Below, piece by piece: positions 27,601-37,800 of a stretch of 64,000 bases of DNA. The stretch comes from Hemiscyllium ocellatum (lineage: Eukaryota), in NCBI RefSeq assembly GCF_020745735.1, contig NC_083442.1:33080072-33144071 (forward strand), given 5' to 3'. The translations under genes and the position numbers were made by a program. The notes under the pieces are model-generated. The model did not search any database and was not told the DNA's origin. It saw only the letters and a list, made by a program, of their open reading frames with translations. How positions within the stretch are numbered: position 1 is the first letter of the stretch; every line of letters begins with the position of its first letter.

Positions 27601-30600
27601 CAGGTAATAGAGATTGTTCTGTATAGATTTACCAACTTTGCCGTGTATCTTCAACTAGCATTGATAAAAATAAAATGTGGTTGGGGGCCAGTACCAGGAA
27701 GCCAAATATTGTCACTCACTGCAACCTGAATCATCAACTCACAACCAAAAGCAGCAATTTGGGAATCATCACTACAAAAGGAAGACTGAGCAAGGAGTTG
27801 GTTGGAATTTTCTCTTGCTCCTCAAAGAGGCTGAAATTAGCTAGTCAGAGCTGAAATTTAACCTCAAGCTCCTTGGTCTGAACCTTTACATTTCCCAATC
27901 ATATGCAGCTCTGCTGCAACCTTCATCAACCCAGCACAGCCATGATGTTGAGCTCTGGGTGTTCTGCTCACCTTTTGGGGAGTGAATATGATTTTGTATT
28001 TGCGCAGCCTTGCACTAGCTTTGTCTGCATTGACGATTTCTGGAAGGAGACGGAGGAAAGAATCACTTATGCAATCTGTAACAGTAAGGCAGTGTGCATG
28101 AAGATACGGACAAGCAAAACTCCACAACAATTGTAAAGGATACTGAAAACATAATTACATGGATAAAAAACTCTCATCATCCAATTTGAAAGAATAAAGA
28201 AAGAAAGTTATACCAAAGCCCAGTGAGGCCTATCAGGAGGATCTAAAAGATTCAGTGGTACTAAATGAAGCATGCAGGTGGGTTTACTGGACAAACCAGC
28301 CAGTAACCCTCAAATATCACAACAAGCCATTTATCGTTAGTCTCATTCAAAAACAGAAATGGCTGAAGAAACTCAGCAGATCCAGCAGCATTTGTGGAGG
28401 GAAAGCAGAGTTAATGTTTTGGGTCCAGCGACCCGCTTTCAGTCAGTTTCTCCAGCAATTTCTGTTTTACATTTCCAGCATCCATGATTCTTTATTTTTA
28501 AACAAAAATTCATTATCTTATTTTCTTTGTTGAACCTTGACATGTGGTTGCTGCATTTCCTACATAATAACATGGCAAAAGCAATTCATTGTGAAGCAAT
28601 TTGGAACACAGCAAGTGTGAGAAAGGCACCACAGAATTGCAAATTTTGTCCTTACTGAAGGCTAGACTCTGAAGCTGTACGCATAATTCTGGATCATGGG
28701 GATCTTTTATTTATTTCACTTTCAGAATTGCTTTTGCAAATGCTGACTTGTTAGATAATAGCACTGTCAAGAAACATCAGCATTTTAGAAGGGAGAGGTG
28801 ACTTTGCAGAGTATATTGTTGAGTTTGTGGAGGCGAGGTGGTGAGTTAGTAACATGCTGCGCCACCTTGTGGTCGTACTGTAAATGTGAAGATCTGACAC
28901 TTCCCAACATAACAACCAAACTGACATGACTGAGGAAATTACCAAGTGATTCCCTACAGATTGTGAAAGAAACTGTGGAGATTAACATCATTACACACTT
29001 GCTAGTGGTCATGCACAAATGTGGACTCCAGATCAACTCTCTGTGCAAAATCGCTCTCTCTCATACGCATATTCAAGAAGTGTGTGAGCTCTCATACCTG
29101 CAACATGCTTCACACTGGCTATCCGAGGTCGGACCAGGAAACACAGTCTGTGTAAGGAGACAGATAGTGAAGACCAGTTAAACACTCAGGAACCATTCAT
29201 TAATCAATAGAAATCAAACTTCACATCACATTACATTCCTTCCCGCAGACTCCATGCTCCTGTCAACTGTCCGTAGGCTCTCTAGCCCCTTGGCAATCAC
29301 CCACAGACTCCGAAACCTGGCAATTGCCCACAATCCATTGTCTTACTGTTGAACAATGCTCATTATCCTTCTCTCCTCCACACAATGACATTTCCCCATT
29401 CCCACTGAGTAATACTCACTGGTCACTCACTCCCTGAACCATTTTATTTTCCAATTTGTACAACTTCTCTACATCATGTTGCTGTGAAATAAACAGAATA
29501 ATAATTGTTAGTCTTTCTTGCTGCATACTTAATTCTACCAGCATAAAATTGCCAGTAATAAACTAAATTCACATCAAAATAAAACCAGAAACACATTGCA
29601 AACACAAGCTTCTCAGCTGTCTAAGTAAGTATCTGCATTGTTAGAAACTAATCAGGCCAATCAAAGTACTTTATACAAAGGTAGAGAATGTAATACTGTT
29701 GTTCATAAAGATAGCAGCAACATAAGTTTGATTCCAGTCTCAGGCAACTGCCTGCACATTCTCTCCATGCCTACATGGATTTCCTCCCACATTCCAAAGA
29801 TTTGCAGGTTAGGTGGATTGGCCATGCTAAATTATTCTGAAGTGTCCAGGAATGTGCAGGCGAGGTGGGTTATCCTTGGAAAATTCTGGGTGGAATGTTC
29901 TTCCAAGGGTCAGTGCAGACTTGATGAATCAAATAGCTTTTATCTGCACTGTAGGGTTTCTTTGATACTGTACGCACTCCCTCAGTGCTGCGCTTCACGG
30001 TGAAAGGTTAGAATAAAGTATTAGCAGTAGATAGAAAGAAAGGTTTTAAATTCAGCATGGGATGGAGAGAACCCCAAAATCATTGTTGACAGGTACAAAT
30101 GGAGCAAGCAATTAAAAATGGCATCTAATGGGTTTGCAAAGGCTGCAGAAATGCTGGCAGCAGCTGTGAGGAATGATTTAGTCCAAATTTCAAATGCAAG
30201 AAAATTCCTGCTCAGCTGTGACTTGTTAACAGCTGGGAAGCCTCCCAAAAGAAGGATAATTGCAAGATTGAGTAATGGGATAGAGAGTTGAAACTGAGCT
30301 TGAGCCTTCGGATATTGGCTAAGGAAGGAGCCCTAAGAAATTGAGAAAGCTGACAGTGTAGCAGCTACAGAGATTCCCATTGTTAGAGTTCTGTCGAGTG
30401 AATAAGGCAGACAGGAATGGGATCCAGAGCAGTCTCACCAAGGTGATCCATAAAAGCATCCTGATGTGATAGTCTGTGTTCAGGGCTGCAGGGAGGGGAG
30501 AGGAATATGCTGCCATGTCCTGGGTGATGAAGGATATGTTGGTGCTGAATGAGCAGGATAGGTTGAGGGACAGTATAAAGTGAGTATTAACTGACCTTCA

Positions 30601-30921
30601 GGATGGAGACATTCGCGATGCGATCCAGAGGGCTCATCAGATCAGCTTCAATAAACAAATCCTTCTTTCCCGGCAACTGGCAACATGGAAATTCCATTAA
30701 ACAGGAGAATAAATGGAAGTGAGGAATTGTCACAGTTCACTGTGTTTTTACTTCCATAAAATACCACTTCTGTACATTAAAAAGGTCTAACCGCTCCACT
30801 GGTCCCGTCACCGGTCAGTGTGGAACAAGCACTCGGCCAACCACTTCTTCACGCCCCTTAGATCATTCACTACACACACTCACACTCACACTCACACTCA
30901 CACTCACACTCACACCCACAC

Positions 30922-30961
<40 letters not shown>

Positions 30962-31257
30962 ACCCCCTCACCCTCACACCCTCACACACCCTCACCCTCA
31001 CCCTCACCCCCCCTCACCCTCACCCTCCCTCACCCTCACCCTCCCTCCCCCTCCCCCTCACCCTCACACCCCCTCACCCTCACACCCCCTCACCCTCACA
31101 CCCCCTCACTCCCCCTCCCCCTCACCCTCTGTCTCCCCCCGGGGTGTCACTAACCCTCCATCCTCACCTGCTCCAGTAAATAGATGAGTTGATCCCGGGC
31201 CAGTCTTTTCAAGATGTCGAAATCCGGCAGCTCCGGAGCGTCCAAGCGGCCCGCCAT
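530..31257 (-). CDS. VPS33B: Vacuolar protein sorting 33B (Sec1/Munc18 family), coding exons 1-22 of 23; last exon lies left of the window
   Basis: 22 exons with GT-AG boundaries join in frame (1768 nt), from [30 protein letters not shown] to [25 protein letters not shown]; matches recalled vertebrate VPS33B along its length. Confidence 0.97.
2424..2499 (-). CDS. VPS33B: VPS33B exon 21
   Basis: [25 protein letters not shown], 76 nt. Confidence 0.94.
3084..3185 (-). CDS. VPS33B: VPS33B exon 20
   Basis: [34 protein letters not shown], 102 nt. Confidence 0.95.
4300..4339 (-). ncRNA. Second (inverted) copy of the minimal hammerhead ribozyme
   Basis: Reverse complement GCA-CTGATGA-T-GTTCCCT(AGCC)AGGAAAC-GAAACGTT-TGC; one stem II mismatch. 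Confidence 0.7.
5850..5889 (+). ncRNA. Minimal type I hammerhead ribozyme in the Penelope pseudo-LTR
   Basis: GCA-CTGATGA-T-GTTCCCT(AGCC)AGGGAAC-GAAA-C-GTT-TGC: both core motifs, 7-bp stem II, 3-bp stem I. Confidence 0.75.
6525..6598 (-). CDS. VPS33B: VPS33B exon 19
   Basis: [25 protein letters not shown], 74 nt. Confidence 0.95.
7232..7364 (-). CDS. VPS33B: VPS33B exon 18
   Basis: [44 protein letters not shown], 133 nt. Confidence 0.95.
8646..8692 (-). CDS. VPS33B: VPS33B exon 17
   Basis: [16 protein letters not shown], 47 nt. Confidence 0.94.
8805..8948 (+). mobile_element. Short Penelope-derived element with degenerate hammerhead
   Basis: CAC-GTGATGA-AGGAG..CTCC-GAAAG-CTA-GTG followed by the ttggactataacctggtgttgtgtga tail; same family at 50365-50725. 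Confidence 0.6.
9193..9247 (-). CDS. VPS33B: VPS33B exon 16
   Basis: [18 protein letters not shown], 55 nt. Confidence 0.94.
9973..10037 (-). CDS. VPS33B: VPS33B exon 15
   Basis: [22 protein letters not shown], 65 nt. Confidence 0.94.
10721..10795 (-). CDS. VPS33B: VPS33B exon 14
   Basis: [25 protein letters not shown], 75 nt; donor GTGTGG. Confidence 0.94.
11978..12650. repeat. Long inverted repeat: two 279-bp arms with a 115-bp spacer
   Basis: 11978-12256 is the reverse complement of 12372-12650 with about 5 mismatches. Confidence 0.95.
12784..13400 (+). mobile_element. Gypsy-like LTR (about 12784-13180) with PBS-like site and decayed gag start
   Basis: TGT...ACA ends, TATAAA at about 13001, ATTAAA at about 13102, ACTGG after the [15 protein letters not shown] resembling a gag N-terminus. 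Confidence 0.55.
13504..14148 (+). mobile_element. Tc1/mariner-pogo (Tigger-like) remnant / MITE
   Basis: TA-flanked TIR CAGGTCGTTCTGCTATAATG with matching ends at about 13680 and 14147; relic [19 protein letters not shown] (CENP-B-type HTH). Confidence 0.7.
14563..14653 (-). CDS. VPS33B: VPS33B exon 13
   Basis: [30 protein letters not shown], 91 nt. Confidence 0.95.
15330..15950 (+). mobile_element. CR1 LINE 3' fragment
   Basis: Decayed RT C-terminus, FFPQR..CLWNSLP, plus tail. Confidence 0.8.
16332..16418 (-). CDS. VPS33B: VPS33B exon 12
   Basis: [29 protein letters not shown], 87 nt. Confidence 0.95.
17933..18006 (-). CDS. VPS33B: VPS33B exon 11
   Basis: [25 protein letters not shown], 74 nt. 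Confidence 0.95.
19750..19827 (-). CDS. VPS33B: VPS33B exon 10
   Basis: [26 protein letters not shown], 78 nt. Confidence 0.95.
20240..20720 (+). mobile_element. CR1 LINE 3' fragment inserted in an older minus-strand LINE remnant (about 19965-21170)
   Basis: [35 protein letters not shown]. Confidence 0.85.
21420..21760 (-). mobile_element. HE1-type SINE, decayed
   Basis: gagaatgtgcaaactccacacag V-domain plus tail. Confidence 0.75.
22029..22125 (-). CDS. VPS33B: VPS33B exon 9
   Basis: [32 protein letters not shown], 97 nt. Confidence 0.93.
22255..22660 (+). repeat. Degenerate tandem copies of a dispersed unit of about 65 bp (also at 42200-42400 and 47300-47430)
   Basis: Recurrent tagatacagagtaaagctccctctacactgtcccatcaaacactcccagg-like units. 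Confidence 0.5.
23271..23375 (-). CDS. VPS33B: VPS33B exon 8
   Basis: [35 protein letters not shown], 105 nt. Confidence 0.95.
23880..24680 (+). mobile_element. CR1 LINE 3' fragment, decayed
   Basis: [12 protein letters not shown] relic plus tail. Confidence 0.75.
24758..24852 (-). CDS. VPS33B: VPS33B exon 7
   Basis: [32 protein letters not shown], 95 nt. Confidence 0.95.
25245..25645 (+). mobile_element. SacSINE1/AmnSINE1-like Deu-domain SINE, old (other copies at about 6278-6510, 14170-14520, 51660-51980, 53800-54150)
   Basis: gttaaactaaggcccc, tgaagaa..gagc, tctcaaccaacatc, tctggtcatt..cattgctgt motifs. Confidence 0.6.
26148..26193 (-). CDS. VPS33B: VPS33B exon 6
   Basis: [15 protein letters not shown], 46 nt. 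Confidence 0.93.
27467..27621. mobile_element. Mariner-type MITE
   Basis: TIR CAGAATAACCGCGGTTATC / GTAATAGAGATTGTTCTG|TA; internal TTATC(C/T)GAA repeats. Confidence 0.55.
27972..28039 (-). CDS. VPS33B: VPS33B exon 5
   Basis: [23 protein letters not shown], 68 nt. Confidence 0.93.
29098..29147 (-). CDS. VPS33B: VPS33B exon 4
   Basis: [16 protein letters not shown], 50 nt. Confidence 0.93.
29420..29481 (-). CDS. VPS33B: VPS33B exon 3
   Basis: [20 protein letters not shown], 62 nt. Confidence 0.93.
30596..30676 (-). CDS. VPS33B: VPS33B exon 2
   Basis: [27 protein letters not shown], 81 nt, AG/GT. Confidence 0.95.
30873..31128. repeat. (CACACT)n grading into (CACCCT)n hexamer repeat, VPS33B intron 1
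   Basis: Directly visible; G-rich (AGGGTG)n on the transcribed sense strand. Confidence 0.95.
31168..31257 (-). CDS. VPS33B: VPS33B exon 1 (coding part)
   Basis: [30 protein letters not shown]; donor GTGAGG. Confidence 0.95.
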
Positions 31258-31330
31258 CTTGTCCCGGGACAACCGCTTCCGGGGGTCACGGCCGGCGCTT
31301 CCGGTGACCCGTCTCCTAGCAACCGGAGTG
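31251..31330 (-). promoter_or_regulatory. VPS33B CpG-rich proximal promoter/5'UTR with a YY1 site over the start codon and two ETS-type sites
   Basis: CCGCCATCTT (YY1 consensus CCGCCATNTT) at 31251-31260; CTTCCGG twice (about 31276 and 31298); local CpG enrichment. Confidence 0.6.
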
Positions 31331-32277
31331 CAGGCTTCCCCAGGAAAGGTAGGCCTCCCCCCCACTCACCATCAGGACTGGAGTCCCTCTTTGCAGCCAG
31401 GTTCTGCTTAAACTGGGACCGCTGCTGGAGTGCAAACCTCTCCTCAGCTTTCGGCTGCATCCAGTTACTTTCTGATCCTCATGGTGTTAATGTTTTCTGT
31501 AGCTCAGTGTCACTAGAGTCTGTTTGTAGCACCTTATCATGACCACAGCCACAAGACAGGCAGGAAGTAACTCTGTGATCTATATGTCCTTGTTTACTAT
31601 GACCTTCCTCTACTGCTTGCACAACAGAACGTTTCACTGTACTTAGGTACATGTGACAAATCAAATCAAATCAAACCCAGTAAGTCAACTGAGGCGTTGG
31701 AACTTACTCCTAAACCCAAACCATCTCCATCTCTTCAGTTTTGCACTCTACTTCAATCTCTCCATCATTTCCTCAATGTTGCTAACTCTCTGTTACAACC
31801 GAGTTAAATGTACTATTGCAACATTTAAGAGGCATTTGGATGGGTATATGAATAGGAACGATTTAGAGGGGTATGGGCTGGGTGCTGGCAGGTGGGACTA
31901 GATTGGGTTGGGATTCCTGGACAGCATAGACAGGTTGGACCGAAGGGTCTGTTTCCATGCTGTATATCTCTAAGGAAACTCGCAGATGTAAGCTGATTCC
32001 AATCTACCATGTTATGGTTCATCAGTTTGTCCTCTCAATGAAGTTTTACACTACTGATGTCGCAAATTTCTGAAAGCATCGGTCAATCATTTGAGGAAAA
32101 GTTTTGATGTGTATGCGTGAGAAAAACATGGGTTTTGTATTTCTTCCCTTGTAGGGATGGTAATTGTGGTATGGACTAGGCTTGAATTGAATTATATTTA
32201 TTGTCACATGTACTCACATGAGTACAGTGAAAACTTTACAAGCTGCCACTAATGGCCCTACCTTAGGTACAAAGGTA

Positions 32278-32492
32278 CAGGTTGTTCTGTTACAATGTGT
32301 GTTTCAATCAATGCAAATTCGCTGTAATGCGATTGACAAATTGGGGATGTTGTTTCTACAGCATGAACGTTTAAAACGTGTGTTGACTGTAATGCAATTA
32401 CAGCACTTTAAGTGCTGTTTCTAAAGTGTGATATTTCTAATAATAAGGGGTTGCACAAGAACATAACTATCGCATGAAAGAAGAACTGACTG
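32278..32492. mobile_element. MITE of the same Tigger-like family
   Basis: TA|CAGGTTGTTCTG...AGAACTGACTG|TA; similar to 13504-13680. Confidence 0.65.
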
Positions 32493-32713
32493 TACCTAGG
32501 TACAGAATCTTAGATACAAAGCAGAAAAATAAGGAAAACAAAATTAAAAAGTTGAACATTACAGTCTTTCTTACTAAAAAGTGGAAAAACAAAGAAACAC
32601 AGTTAACAGTTCTACACCACATTTCATAAGCGCCCGGCCATACCGGGCTTGCACTCCTCACAAAGGCTTAGAATCATAGAATCCCTACAGTGTGGAAACA
32701 TTCAGCCCAAAGA

Positions 32714-33024
32714 GGGCGGCACGGTGGCACAGTGGTTAGCACTGCTGCCTCACAGCGCCTGTAGACCCGGGTTCAATTCCCGACTCAGGCGACTGACTGT
32801 GTGGAGTTTGCACGTTCTCCCCGTGTCTGCGTGGGTTTCCTCCGGGTGCTCCGGTTTCCTCCCACAGTCCAAAGACGTGCGGGTCAGGTGAATTGGCCAA
32901 GCTAAATTGCCCGTAGTGTTAGGTAAGGGGTAAATGTAGGGGTATGGGTGGGTTGCGCTTCGGCGGGTCGGTGTGGACTTGTTGGGCCGAAGGGCCTGTT
33001 TCCACACTGTAAGTCTAATCTAAT
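32714..33024 (+). mobile_element. Young tRNA-derived HE1-type V-SINE
   Basis: A box TGGCACAGTGG, B box GGTTCAATTCC, V-domain GTGGAGTTTGCACGTTCTCCCCGTGTCTGCGTGGGTTTCCTCC, CR1-type tail; CpGs retained. Confidence 0.9.
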
Positions 33025-33320
33025 CCAAGTCCACACCAACCCTCTAAAGAACAACCCATCCAGACTCAGCCCATACCCGAGCCCTGTTATCCTGCATTTC
33101 CTATGGCTAATCCACTGCACATCCCTGGACACTATGGACAATTTAGCATGGCCAATCCACCCTGACCTGCACATCATTGGACTGTGGGAGAAAAAAAGGA
33201 GCACCCGGAGGAAACTCACTCTGACACAGGGACAACGAGCAAACTCCACACAGACAGTCGCCCCAGTCCCTGGCACTGAGGCAGTAGTGCTATGCACTGA
33301 GCATTGTGCTGTCCCATGGT
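33025..33320 (-). mobile_element. Older HE1-type SINE in opposite orientation, interrupted by the young copy (tail at about 32670-32710)
   Basis: Reverse-complement similarity to 32714-33024. Confidence 0.75.
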
Positions 33321-33360
33321 GAGGGGAAACTGTTCCTTGCCGAGGAAAATATGAGAGCAA

Positions 33361-33780
33361 TGGATGTAGGTTTGCTCTCTGAGCTGGAAGGTTAATTTTC
33401 AGATGTTTCTTCGGCATATTAGGTGACATCATCAGTGAGCCTCCGGATGAGGCACTGGTGGCATGGCCCGTTTTCTATTATGTGTTCTGGTTGGATCCAA
33501 CCAGGACTCTATCAACAAACACATTGACTTGGATCCCATTTACCACCCTCTAAGAAAAAGAACAGGAAATGGCATCACCAAAGGAAATGACATCACCACC
33601 CCCAAGGAAACCTAAACACATTAATAGAAAGCGGGTCATGCCACCAGTTTTTCATCCAGAGGCTCACTGATGATGTTACCTTGCAGGGTGACGAAACGTC
33701 TGAAAATGTACCTCCCAGCTCAGCGAGCAAACCTACATCCAGCACTTCAAAGTGAGCTACATATCTTACTCAAAACTTGC
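33361..33780 (+). mobile_element. Second-family Penelope-like remnant with inverted pseudo-LTR
   Basis: Encodes the [21 protein letters not shown] endonuclease tail; 33361-33485 is the reverse complement of about 33616-33741. Confidence 0.85.
33664..33703 (+). ncRNA. Minimal hammerhead ribozyme (Penelope family 2)
   Basis: TCA-CTGATGA-T-GTTACCT(TGCA)GGGTGAC-GAAA-C-GTC-TGA. Confidence 0.75.
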
Positions 33781-34668
33781 TAATGTGTGAACAATGTCCT
33801 TTTAGGTTCAAAATGCTACATCTGCATGTGGAGATCCTGTGAGAGCCAGGCAGACATTCCAGAATATTAACGACCAATCAGACTTGCTGTTAATTCAACC
33901 TGGTAAACCTGTCAGTGACAGCTGATATTTTCATCATTTACCTCAACAGAACCTTGCAAGCCATTGCCAGAATGGGTTGTGAGATTCTGGTTTTCAGGAG
34001 ACTTAGCAGCTCTCGTTACTACGTAACTGGACCAGTCTTGCCTCTTGAGGTATTTGTGTGTTGGTTGAGGGTCTTGTGGCCTTAAATCTTTAAGAGGGTG
34101 CCTAAGATCTCTGAATTTGTAGAGTGCAGAGTCTCCCTACAGAATAAGTGTGCTGTCATATCAGGCAAACTGAAATTCTTTTTGTGTGGATTCCTTAATA
34201 GTTCAAGGTAAAGACTCAAACTTGGAGATGGATTTCCATGTGTTGGACTAAAAGAATTGAGAAATGTCCTCCCCTATAAAGTGTACCTGCTATCAAGATC
34301 TTTGTGGATGAAAATTACAAGATACAATTTGAAACATGTCTAAGTTAATCATTTAGAAGCAAAATAGGGCAGATGAATTAAAAATATGATGATACAAGAA
34401 TGGTAGCCCAACAGGACAAAAACACTTTATTTTCAAGACAATAAAACAGAGAGGAATTCACAGAAACAAGGTAAATGAGCAGCAAAAATATATTCATTCC
34501 AACTAAAATGTCAGAAATTCAATCTGATCATAAAGTACATTCTTGAATATTTAAATTTAGAGATTGTTACCTTGTCATTTATAACTTCATTTCACACTGA
34601 TAGACCCAATGGTAAAGTACTGCTCGATCTTCCATCTCAAAATCTAATCTCTTTCAAACAGAATCTCA

Positions 34669-34802
34669 TTATCCAGTAAGAATATTTCTTTCTTTGAAAA
34701 GTGCATCCAGGCTCTTTTCAAGGGTCTGATTTGTTCCTCGAAGTCCAGCAATGACTTGGGAAGCCCAGATGAAATACTGTTCAACGCGTTGCTCCGTCCA
34801 TC
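34669..34802 (-). CDS. HDDC3: HDDC3 coding exon 4
   Basis: [44 protein letters not shown]. Confidence 0.95.
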
Positions 34803-37800
34803 CTGAGGAAGGATTCAACAGGGCAAAGGTCAGGCCTGTTCCCACCAAAGGTTACTCAACCCTCTGAGCTTTCCCATTGTATTCCTCAGCCCAGTCCCTG
34901 GGGATAATCTTGGTTCTTCAAATAATACCACGGAGTCTTCAACATTATCTGAGCCATTGTGGGGATTACTTAGCTTAGTTGGCTTGATACCATGGACAAG
35001 TTGGGCCGAAGGGCCTATTTCCATGCTGTTAACTGGTGCCAACCTTACAGGCTGAATTCCCTAGCAGACTGTGATAGTTCATGGGGGCTTTGGGTCATTG
35101 CCTTGATGTGGAATGGTGCTACATAACCATTTCTCTCTCTCTCTCTCTCTCTCTCTCCCTCCCCACAAGAGCATTATGCCTATGGTTTCTCATGGATTTA
35201 ACTAATTACCATTATCTGAGCCACCATAATTGGTAGGGAGGACCCTGAGTGCATTTCCCAAAGGTCAACAGCCCTGATAGTGCAGCATTCCTCCACCTCT
35301 GCACTGCGTTGCCAGTCAAGGTGTGTGCTCAATTGGGTTTATAACCCAAACTCACACAACGTGCAGGGAGGGACTGGGAACCAGGCTGTGCTTGCCTGCA
35401 GAGACAGCTAAAGAAGAAACACTGGAAACCTGGGAACCCAATAACAATCAGACATGCGCAGGGAACCTGATGGGAGAGAAACAAAATGGATTGCATTGCT
35501 GACCTGCTGGAGTGCAGCTTTTGAGATCCCTCAAGTTGTACAGTTTATCTGCCAGTTTCACTAGTTTAGCTTCGTAACTGCAGTGAGGGGCATGTTGGAT
35601 CTGTAACTCCTTCCGTTTCTCCTTTGGAAGAGATTTATCATCTGTCACTTCAGTAACAATACTCCGCACCTTCTCTCCAAACCGTTCCTCGATCTCTGTA
35701 AATGTAGTGTTTGTATCTTCAACAGTGTCGTGCAGAAGTGCGGCCTTGCCAGAAAGAAAAAGAAAGATAAATCTCAATTGTTACACACATCATGATTTAA
35801 TTGTTGTTTCGGCTCCAGCGAGCTGTGGCTAACATGCTCAGCTCTGAATAAAAAGGCTCACTTTTGAATTTTCACACTTCACTTCAGGACTCGAGCACAC
35901 AATCTAAGGTGACACTGAGGGAGTGCAGCATGGTCAGCGCTGGTGTCTCACATAAATGATATTTCATAAAATTGTTACAGCGTGAAAGGGGGCCATTTGG
36001 CCCATCATGTCTGCACTGGCTGTCCAAATGAACAATTCACTTCGTGCCATTCCTCTACCACTTTCCATCATGGTGCACAGTCTTCCATTTCAGAGAACTG
36101 TCAAATTCCTGGTAGAGGCTGGTACAATTGCAACATTTAAGAGACATTTGGATGGGTATATGAATAGAAGGGTTTGGAGGGATATGGGCCAGGTGCTGGC
36201 AGGTGGGACTAGATTGGATTGGGATATCTAGTCGGCATGGATGGGTTGGGCTGAAAGATGCTGTACATCTTTAGGACTCTATGACTATAAATGCCCTGAT
36301 TGAACCTTGTGAAAATTTTGAAGGGCTGTGCTGGAATGGTGAGTAAGAGTAAGATGAAATGTCATTGAGCTGAAATGTTAAACCTGTTTCTCTCTTCATT
36401 GATGCTTGTCAGACCTGCTGAGTTTCTCCAGTTTATCTGTGTTTATCGCAGATCTCTAGCATTTGCAGTATTTTGCTTTTGTGCAGAGTAGGAGACAATA
36501 TATATGGATCATAAACACAGGCAGACTGGTTACACTGAACAGTTATAAACCCAACGCAGATACATCAGAACTAGGAGCAGGAGTAGGCCATCTGGCTCTT
36601 CGAGCCTGCTCCACCATTCAATAAGATCATCACTGAGCTTTCTGTGGACTCGGCTCCACTTACCCGCCCTTTCACTGTATCCCTTCATTCCTTTATTGTT
36701 CAAAATTATCTATCTTAGCTTTAAAAATGTTTACTGAAGTAGCCAACTACATCACTGGGCAAGGGATTCCATATATTAACAGCCCTCTGGGTGAAGGAGT
36801 TCCTTCTCAATTCAGTCCTAAATCTGCTCCCTCTAATCTTGAGGTTATGCTCTCTTGTCCTAGTTTCACCTGCCAGTGGAAACATCCTCTCTACTTCTAT
36901 CTCCACATCTAATACAGTGTAAAGATGCTCGGTTTAAATTATGTTAAAGATCAATACCATTATTTGAGGAGGAACAAGGATAGGGAGGTTATACTCTATA
37001 GGGTGTATAGGGTGCTGGTGAGGCAGCTCCTGGAGTATTGTGTACAATTTTGGTCTCCTTACGTGAGACAGGATGTACTGGCACTGGAGGGGGTACAGAG
37101 GAGGTTCACTAGCTTGATTCCAGAGTTGAAAGGCTTGGCTTATGAGGAGAGATTGAATAGTCTGGGACTGTACTCATTGGAATTTGGAAGAATGATGGGG
37201 ATCTTATAGAAACACATAAAACTATGGAGGCAATAGATAAGATAGAAACAGGGAGGTTGTTTCCATTTGTGGATGAAACTAGAACTAGGGAGCCTCAAAG
37301 TAAGGGGGAGCAGATTTAGGACTGAGTTGAGGAAGAACGTCTTCACCAAAGGGTTGTGAATCTATGGAATTCCCTGTTGAGACTGCATTGTTCAATGTTC
37401 TTAAGGTAAAGATAGATAGATTTTTGATCAGGAAAGGAATTAAGGGTGACGGGGCGTGGGCGGGTAAGTGGAGCTGAGGCCATGAAAAGATCAGCCAAGA
37501 TCTTACTGAATGATGGAGCGGGCTCGATGGGCCAGATGGCCTATTCCTGCTCCTAGTTTTTATGTTCTTAATTCATTAATGATCTTACTGAGGCACAATT
37601 TGTAAATTCCTCATTGTCCCAGAGGACCATTGGGATGCTCTCTCATTACAGAGAGACAGTTGATTGTGAGTTTACCACACATCAGACAAGGGGCGAGATT
37701 GAGAAGGTCAGACTTTCATGGTGACTTCAGCTCATGTAGGAACAGGGTGACGTCACACTGCACTGCAAACCAGCTGTCCAGCCAACTGAGCTAACCAACC

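Noticed and set aside
30818-31153. His/Pro/Thr-rich ORF
   Set aside because: Translation of the hexamer microsatellite
32714-32790. tRNA gene
   Set aside because: The A and B boxes continue into the V-SINE body and CR1-type tail, so this is a SINE head
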